Assembly (NCBI RefSeq): GCF_009834535.1
Contig: NC_045696.1
Location: forward strand, 26,290,001 to 26,354,000
Length of the DNA: 64,000 nt
Direction: 5' to 3'
DNA from: Camelus ferus
Taxonomy: Eukaryota
Positions 55,613 to 64,000 of the stretch are shown one piece after another. A model generated the notes under the pieces. That model worked only from the letters and a program-made list of their open reading frames with translations, ran no database searches and had not been told where the DNA came from. A program made the translations under genes and the position numbers. The number at the start of each line of letters is the position of its first letter. Positions within the stretch are counted from its first letter, which is position 1.

Positions 55613-56955
55613 TGGATGTTAAAAGTTCTGGGTCGGGCCTGTGGATATAGCAGTGAGTGAAACAGATAGGATCTCCGCCTTTATCGAAACAGACAATACA
55701 AAACGGAAGCAATGCAGAATGATTGGTGTAACAATAAGTATTTTTGTTTTGTTTTCTGTTTTGTCTTTTGAGGAGAGAGTAATCATAGTTTTTTGGGGTA
55801 ATAATGCTTGGCTTCACACAAGGTAGTGAAGGCTTTCCTCATGACTATGACATTGAAAATCAGCAGAAATTTAACCCAAAACATGCAGAGAGAAAAGTAA
55901 CCACCATAACTGGAGGATGGTGGAGCTTGGATAGTTAAGTTTAGTTGGCATGACTCATTCGTAGACATTACTTTCTGTCTTGCAAAGTTATGTAAAACAG
56001 AACTTTTATTAGGTCCATGTCTCAGCTTGTAATAAAGTTAAGCTGTGTTATTCTTTTAGCTAAAACTAGAAGTGGAAGAAATCTGATTATAGTAAGTCTT
56101 CAATGCACGCCTAAAAAGTTTGTTTTGGTCCTGAAAGCAACAGAAAATCACAGCTAATTGTGAGCAGATAGAACCAAGTAAAGTAATATTTTGAAAATAA
56201 AGCTTTGACTGTGTGGTATGTATGAGAAAGAGAGGCATTGTGATCATTCAGAAGCTATTGTGTGAAATCACAAAGCCCATCAGTGAAAATCGATAAGAAA
56301 AATCAGATATGAAAAGGATGTAAAGATAACTTCTTTATTACTTTGTATAATTAAAATTTCTTAGAATCTAAAAAGAACATATTCTTATATAAGCTCTTAA
56401 AAAATTCGTGTTAAAATTTTAGAATTTTTTTCTGAACTAGTATGTTAGTGTACTTGCTAAAAAACCAGAAATGTGGCAAGAAATGTTTATGAAAGAGCTA
56501 AGGGTGTGCATTTCCAGAAATCACTACAAGGCATGTTGATGTTTTAAAAGTTAATATTGCTACTTTTAAAAAGGATTACACCTTATTAATTATTTTAACC
56601 AATGTCTCTTTTGTCAATTTGCCAACAAATAAGAGAAGACTTTTCTTCTTTAATGTGTTTCAGCTCTCTTATATTCAAGATGTCATAAAAATAAATCATA
56701 TATTTGAATGCAGTGTAATTCACAAAATGATAGAATATAACTCACCAAGAAACTAAAGCATACACTATTTTCTTACTAAGAGCTACCCAAAAAAGCCAAA
56801 GTGCTAATAATGCCTTTGATAGTTTTGATGCTGCCAGAGTTGTATACATATATAAGTTATAGGTAATTTATAATCAAGAAGCTAGAAATCAGATATGAAA
56901 TTAATGATCTTATTAGCAATACATTTAATCTAAACAGTTGTACTTTATGGCTGAA

Positions 56956-56957
<2 letters not shown>

Positions 56958-56996
<39 letters not shown>
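56958..56996 (+). repeat. (TG)n microsatellite
   Basis: About 19 units ending ~100 nt upstream of the exon 6 acceptor. Confidence 0.95.
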
Positions 56997-56997
<1 letters not shown>

Positions 56998-57097
56998 CTG
57001 TGTATATAATATAAAAAGAGAAAAACGAAGCTGAATATTTAGTGTTATCTAAATATAACCAATGTTATTTAATAAAGCCAATTCATATTCTGCACAG

Positions 57098-57225
57098 GTA
57101 TGACATCAAAGATGATTACACGCTAAGAATCAAAAAGGCCATGAGTACAGATGAAGGCACGTATATGTGTATTGCTGAGAATCGGGTCGGAAAAGTGGAA
57201 GCTTCTGCTACCCTCACAGTCCGAG
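57098..57225 (+). CDS. ROBO2: ROBO2 coding exon (exon 6, 128 nt), second part of Ig domain 3
   Basis: Acceptor ttctgcacag|, donor |gtaaga. Reads (R)[42 protein letters not shown] plus 1 nt. Contained in ORF-track entry 57042..57245. Confidence 0.97.
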
Positions 57226-60200
57226 GTAAGAGACTTAAGATGTGAAATATAATTGAACCAGCAGATTAATATTTGGGTAAATTGATAAGTGAACTCACAA
57301 TCAAAATATTAGCTTATACTGTTTTATTATTATATTAAAATGCCTAGATTTTGTAACCTCTCTAATATTGGTTGAAGTAAAATTACTTTAAAATTTAGAT
57401 TTGAAGGGATGATCATTTGAAATAATTTTTACTTAATAAATAATAGCTAATACAGTTTCAAAGTAAATCTTAAAATAGAAAAGATTTACAATAGTCCTTT
57501 ATGTTTCCATTACTTCAAGCTATTTAGCATTTTTAAATGTCACTAGTTTCAAAAATACTGTTTTCTGTTTACTATATTGTCACTTTATACTAGTAGACTA
57601 TTTTTTGAAATTCTTTCTTATTTCAGCAAACAGCAATCTGAAAAAAAAAATAAGCAAAAAAAATAACACTGCTTCCAAAGGTGAAAAATGGACACAAAGA
57701 AGCTCCCACATTGAGAAAATCTGATTTAGAGACTGATTTGTGAAGTTCACTGGCCTTAAATAATTGAAAGAGTCAGTGCCGCTCCTGTAATAACGTTCAC
57801 TTTCTGGGATGTCATGCACTTTCTCAGTCATGGAATAATTTTCATTTATAGACTCCTTGCAATTGCTTATAAGTGAAAGAAAGCATTACTTAACCCTACA
57901 GTGAGTAAGAATGAATTAACCGTCTTCCTGGTGATGCGTGCTGATGCACAGGAGTAAGTGATACAGCCCGGGGTAGCGAGTAGTGCCACATGCACAGCCA
58001 CACTAGTCCTGCCAAGCAGACATTACCCACGGCATTGTTTACGCTCACAGGACTTGAAACAGAGATAGGCCAGTGCATCCGTTATCCAGGAGTCTTTCAG
58101 TCTTTCCCCCACTAGCCTGACTGATGCCCCTGCCCCTCCCTCGTGATAAGGAAGCTGGCTGCATGTTTTCTTCCATGTCTCAGTTATGTCTCACCCTGTT
58201 TAGTCAGACCTTTAGCCCTGTGCAGCTTCGCTCACAGAAGTTTTCATAAGATTAGGAGAAAGGCTTGGAGGAATCTGGATTGGCAAGAAATGTGTCAGGG
58301 ATTCTCAGACTGGTCCTCCATCTGGTAAGAAAAATGGTTTTTTGCCAGATGTATGATTTGGGCATCAAATCATTAACAAAACAAAACAAAAAAACACTTC
58401 ATCTTCCTCCAGGGAACTATTAGGAGACCTTTACTCTGGATACCTAGAAAAATATTGGTAATTTCCAAACTTGTCAGTCACTCCATTCCCATTCCACCTA
58501 ATTCATCTTTTTTTTTTTTCCCCAACCAGACATGCCAGTGTGAACTTAGATTTAGGCAAATTAAATTTAGGCAAAATTGGCAAGCCAGTTGCTTAAAAAC
58601 ATTTTCATTCCTCATTAAAGGAGGAATCATATTGCAATTTTATATATATATATATAAATATGTGTACATATATGTATCATATATGATCAAAATCTAATAG
58701 CGTTTATAAGCCTCTTTACTATATTTAACCTACATTCTCTGGGAGGTGATTATATATTTATATCTATTTGTTTGCTTCAATTTAGTCAACCTTTTGCAGA
58801 AACAATTCACTTGGCCACATTTCCCCTAAAGTTTGTTTGTTTGTTTTTGCTGAAGTGAGTAGGAAAAAAAATAAACAACTAACCAAGAAATGTCCCATTC
58901 AAAAAATATTTGCTGACTAAACAAATGGTGAGGAAATGTGAGGAGCTGTTTGTTTGTAGAAGTGGCGGGGCTCCTTTTATACTTGAATGCTTGGGTGAAT
59001 GAGATTTGAAGTGGTCTGTTTCATTTAAGGTCTTTCCCAGCTAATTGTTTTCATAATTTGTTGAAAGTTTCAGGTTTACCATTTTATTTAACAAAGCATG
59101 CTCCTCCTGGATGGATGTTTGAAGCTAATTTACAAAACTAATAGAAAGAGTTGTTTGTTTTTAATGGGATTTCCTCTTAAATCAGAAAACCTTAAGTGGT
59201 CTCGCCCCTAATCTGTGTCCTGTAGATGGATTAGAGAGTTTAATCTTTGCGTTATGTATTTCATCTAAGACTGAAACCTCCAAAACAGGGTTAAAGAAAA
59301 AAAATCTCCACAATATAATAGAATGTGAGTGAAATATTGTTTAAGAATATTTTTTATCATCAGGAAAAGCGGTTGGGATTTCTCATGCTATGAGATTAAC
59401 AGGAGAAAAAACATATTATCTATGGCTTATTTTTTTCTATGCTCATTTTTCTGTGCACATAAATGAAATGTTCAGCCCTTCTCTGGATTGTTTTATTAGA
59501 ACGGGGTCAACTGACCCAAGAGGCCACATCCATTTTCATCCATTTAATGCAGGGACACAGTTTAGTTTAATTTGCTGATTTTGAAAACATCCACCTGCTG
59601 GTTTTTTCCAACATGAAATGTTGCTATGTAACAAAGGCAAGAAGTTTTATTGTGGTATTTCTGCTAAAATTGTATCATGCTATTCACTTTAGTGAATTGG
59701 GGAAAAGAAAAGGGAGTTTTATAGTTAAAATCTGAAACAGACTTACTCAGTTGTTTTCCACTTCAAAAATATGGTGAATATAGACTATAAAATTAAACTT
59801 AACAGCAAGTAGCTCCTTTTGCTGACTTGACAAACAGAAAATTAGAAAGAAACAATGTTAGACAACAACAAGCCTCTTAGCATTTATATTCTAATCAAAT
59901 AATTCATGATTTAATAGGACTTTTAAAAAATGACTCAAAATGAGTGAATACAGATTGCATATTTGTAAACACAATTTTTCCCATTTTTCAGTTGCTTAAA
60001 TTGGTTTTGCATAAATCAAGACTTCTTTGGAAAAACAATCTTGTTTCCAGAGAAATAAAACCTAATTTTTCTTGGAATTACCCTAGACTAAGTGAAACAG
60101 AAACGTATTTTATTTCTTCAAAACATGATTTCTCACCATGTTTTTTCTTTTATCTCTTTACAGTCATAGACTCATAGACTCAAAATGTATTTTTGTTTCT

Positions 60201-61684
60201 AAGAGAAACATGTTTGAGGTTCAGCTTGAGGTAGCACTTGAAAAATGCAAATTCAGAAATGAAAGACAAATTTTTTTTCTACTAAACACTGGCAAAATGA
60301 AGAGAAATCTCATCAGTTAGAATAAGTTAGAATAAGGCACACCATTATTATGTTAGTATTTGTTTTGTTCTTAGTTGTTATTTTTGTGTGCCTGGACCCT
60401 CCCCCCTCCAAAAAAGAAAGCAATTATGCATTGTTCAGCTTACATTTTCCCTCTTGCTATTAGTAAACCCACTGTAGATTGTAGGACACACCAGAGTTTC
60501 ACCAAGCTAGAATCTTCATTCTGTTGCTATAATTGCTTTTATTCTTCTCTGAAGGGTTTTAATTCCTCCCTTTTAATTGTGAATAATACTATAAGACCAT
60601 GAATCTCATGTAGAAGAAACTTCAGTGTTATTTCAGAGGTTGCACAAAGCTAGTATTATGATGTCTGTTGAGTGAATGAATGCCTATAAATATGATTTCA
60701 ATGGCTGTATAACCACACCCAGCAACACATCATCAAGACAAAACCACTCGTAAGTTCAAGAGTCATATTGTGTGCACTAGAGCTTTATCCACTGGGATAT
60801 GGGTGAAACACTTGTCTGTAGAGTAAATTTTTATTTTGAAATGTAAGATTTCATAAAAGTTCAAACACTACTGAATCCGTTCCTTCTTCATTTGAACATT
60901 GGGACCATATGTTTTATACTTGTCCATTACTTTTATAAAAAGTGGTTTACTATCTAAATTGACTTAGCATTATTCTTTTTAAAGAAAGTATTATTAAGCC
61001 AATGTCTGTCTCTTACAATTTCTATGTATTAATAACAGGGCAGCCTATTACTACTGATTTTAGTGATTGAAAGTTACGGTATAATAAAAAAATAGTAATT
61101 TGTTGAAGTAGCAGTTTGAAAGCCATTCTCGTGAGCAAGAATCAATTTGTCAGTCATTGTTTCCTGCCCTCTGCCAAGAAAAGAAAAGAGCTTAACAGTA
61201 GTTAGGGGGCTACTCAGTTGAAATCTCTAAGGATGTTCCAACCTATTTGTTATATTTTCATCCACCCTGTCCACGGATGAAAAGTGATGTGATCTTAACT
61301 TATTACTGGCTGAAAAGCAGCATCAGGGGCTTTTCAGTAGTCCTTGTAATGGTTCTGACTAACCATGCTTAAAATCCAATTGCTATTTAAATCAGACACT
61401 GAAGCCTTCTTTTATTGACATGACATTTGCTAGTCTGTGACTTGAATAGTTATATTCATCAGGTTCCTAACTTTGGGATAAACAAAGCTGTTTAGCTCTA
61501 AGGAGATCTTTGAAATAGTAACTATAGTAAGTGATGATGACAATAAGACCTCATGTAAACTGTCTCTCAAATTACTTAGAGTTAATCATGACATGCAAAA
61601 TATTTATTTTCTTAGAATTCTATTTATAATTTTCAGTTTTTATCAAGCTAAGACGTCCTGTTCATATTTGAGTAATGAGACTAG

Positions 61685-61918
61685 AAATCACCCTACTGTC
61701 CATACTTAAATGTAACATTACACATCATGCATTCTGATAATTTTCTTTTCTTTTTTTTTTTTAATTTCTTTTTTATGTTCTCACTACACCATTGTAATGT
61801 CTACAGCTCGCCCTGTTGGTAAGTAGCCATCCTCTATCCATTTCGCATGGCTTTGTATAGTGCTTCATAGCTCATGCAGAGTAGGATATAACGGAATGGA
61901 ATACATTTGTTCACCCAT
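61685..61918 (+). promoter_or_regulatory. Splicing-regulatory region around the microexon (YCAY clusters, GCATG, long pyrimidine tract)
   Basis: YCAY at 61688, 61700, 61725, 61781, 61789 upstream and 61827, 61838, 61865, 61872, 61911, 61915 downstream. GCATG at 61845-61849. T-rich tract 61741-61774. Confidence 0.65.
61807..61818 (+). CDS. ROBO2: ROBO2 12-nt alternative microexon (exon 6b), Ig3-Ig4 linker
   Basis: ctacag|CTCGCCCTGTTG|gtaagt. Phase 1 at both ends; with the last G of exon 6 it gives GCT CGC CCT GTT G (A-R-P-V), matching the remembered long isoform VRARPVAPPQF. Confidence 0.92.
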
Positions 61919-62884
61919 GTTAAAATATTACCTGAGGGACTGTCTGCTATAAAAGTTGCTCCTGATTTTTTCATCACTTTGAAAAACCATAACTTTTTGC
62001 TACCTAGCAATTAATAGGTAACCGTTTTCAAGTAAAAGAATATATGAATGATTGATGTTATAAACTGCTAACTTTACTTAAGGAGAAAAAATGTAATACT
62101 TCCTTTTATTCCTGTGCATATAAAATAGTCAATTGTGAGTTACGTTTGATATTTGTTAAGGTAAAGCACTATGAATTAAATTAGAAGTTCCATTACTTTA
62201 TGCACTTTTATTTTAAGCTGCTTGGAGTTCTTGCTTTGTAAGGGTATATTTTTTTTTACTGCTGTACACTTATCTGCATGCCTACTTCAGCAAAATTTAG
62301 TAGAATGCTTCAAGTTACTGTTACATTGATGCTTATGCTAAGAGGAAAATGGAGGGATGAGCTGTGTTCTTTGGCATGAAAAGTTTGTGATTTGAATATA
62401 TCTCATTCTTCATTTGGCTTTGCAAAATTGAAGTTAACAGCTTGAACTTGCAGTAATTTAAGTGGTAATTATTTTAAACAAATACACAATCTTCTCAAAT
62501 TTATTGGTTAATAACCTTTCTGCATTTATTTTAAAGTTTAGCTTCAACTGCCAAGAAATGTGTTTAAATCAAAGAAATCTTGATAATTGTGTTAGAAGAA
62601 AATGAATAGATGTATGTATGCATAAATGGATGGATGGGTGGATGAATAAATGAATTTAGTACATAGCTTTTTTAATACACTAAGAGATGTTTTAACAAGT
62701 TTTCAGTTTGACATAGCTTTATAAATGGTCCATCTAACTTCAAAAGCTTTCTTAATATACTGGCTTGACATTGTTGGCATTTGATATATATTAATCCAAA
62801 CTCATATAACATTTCCCCCCATTGGTTGAAACATTCACAAGCATTATTGTTATGTAATATTTTCTTATATGAGAGCAAATATAG

Positions 62885-63090
62885 TAAATAGAACTTTGGT
62901 TTCCCAATCTGAATTTCTGTTCTGCCATTTCTGAGCAGTATTTCCTTTGTAATTTATTCAAGATCCCTAATCCTCAGCCACTTCCTCAATAAAATGGAGA
63001 GAAAAACCCTGACTTGTCAAAACTGCTGTGGAATGAATTAAGTTCAAGATTGATCACACGTGTGAAAACATTTTGTATGCCAACGTTGGT
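62885..63090 (+). mobile_element. MIR SINE
   Basis: tctgaatttctgttctgccattt...ctcagccacttcctcaataaaatggag...acgtgtgaaaacattttgta. Confidence 0.6.
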
Positions 63091-64000
63091 TAACATATTC
63101 CTAGTTTCTGAGACATACATTACTTCACATTTCAATATTTTCAAAATATACTGTGGCTTACAATCGATTTGAACATAAACTACAAACATTTTTTCTTGAA
63201 ACACAATTGTTAAATTGTGCGTTTTAAAATTGATGCTGTTAAAAAATTAGGAAATATATTATCATTTTTAATCTTCATTTTTTGTATTTGTAAGAATTCA
63301 TATTAATGATAACTTTACATATCAATTATATGACATCTAAAATTAAGACATGAGTGGGAAAGAATAAGGTAATAACTTCAAATTAACAGGAAAATCACAT
63401 TTAAATTATAGATCTTTATATACAGAAACTTTATGTCGATAAACCATGACCACTTGATTTATATTATTTCACAAGTTCCTGGAACATAGAACAATATATT
63501 AATAATTTCCAATATATTAAAAGTCATGAATAAAAATACATTGAATAGAAGATATGATGTACACAGAGTACTGAGATGTATTTGTCACCTACAAGGCACT
63601 TCAAAGTTACTTCTTTTTTTATTCTTGTTTAAAATGATTTCTTAAATTCCCATTGGACTGGAACTAAAGAATAGATTCTTGACACACTATACTTTATTCT
63701 GGGAAAGTCTGTCATTTCATAAATCTATCTTGAATGACTTATGACAGTGTTCAGAAGTATGAAGAACTATACTTGAAACTTGACAACTACTATTAATTTG
63801 GGAAACTGAATGTTGGATATGATTTTACTGGATCACCAAAGAAGAGACTAATAATGGTATTAGCCTGCTTTTCTTTGCATTAACTTTTTACATCAATTTA
63901 ATTCAGAAATCATATAAATGCTAATTGTTATTGTAAGGTCAGAAGATACAAATCAAGTAAATTATGAATTTAATATTCATATAACAGAAAACTACATTTA

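Noticed and set aside
57042..57245. 67-aa ORF as a standalone gene
   Set aside because: Only 57098-57225 is coding (ROBO2 exon 6); both ends are intron read-through past the splice sites.
57226..57445. Intronic polyadenylation giving a secreted Ig1-3 isoform (in-frame stop at 57243-57245, AATAAA near 57435)
   Set aside because: AATAAA is frequent by chance in this AT-rich intron and the exon 6 donor is strong; there is no supporting evidence without 3'-end data.
1..64000. Prokaryotic or viral systems (CRISPR, operons, intact transposase or reverse transcriptase)
   Set aside because: No long ORFs or repeat-spacer arrays; the window is mammalian intron-exon sequence and the remaining short ORFs are at chance length.

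Overview
This is AT-rich mammalian genomic DNA, not prokaryotic. It lies inside the ROBO2 gene (Slit receptor) on the + strand. Four constitutive coding exons with canonical AG/GT boundaries (18206-18363, 21120-21240, 32159-32297, 57098-57225; exons 3-6 in the usual human numbering) splice in frame and encode Ig domains 2 and 3. A 12-nt frame-preserving microexon at 61807-61818, invisible to the ORF track, adds four residues to the Ig3-Ig4 linker; it matches the known NOVA-regulated ROBO2 exon 6b. It sits in a ~120-nt AG-free zone with YCAY clusters and a GCATG motif. The rest is intron containing old MIR, L2, L1, MaLR and MER elements, microsatellites, and one tRNA-Ala-derived SINE resembling camelid Vic-1, which suggests a camel, alpaca or llama source. 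I find no convincing wholly new system. The best leads concern splicing: the microexon architecture, a 5' splice site reconstituted at the start of exon 6, and candidate poison pseudo-exons. Repeat family calls and boundaries are by eye from remembered consensus sequences and are approximate.
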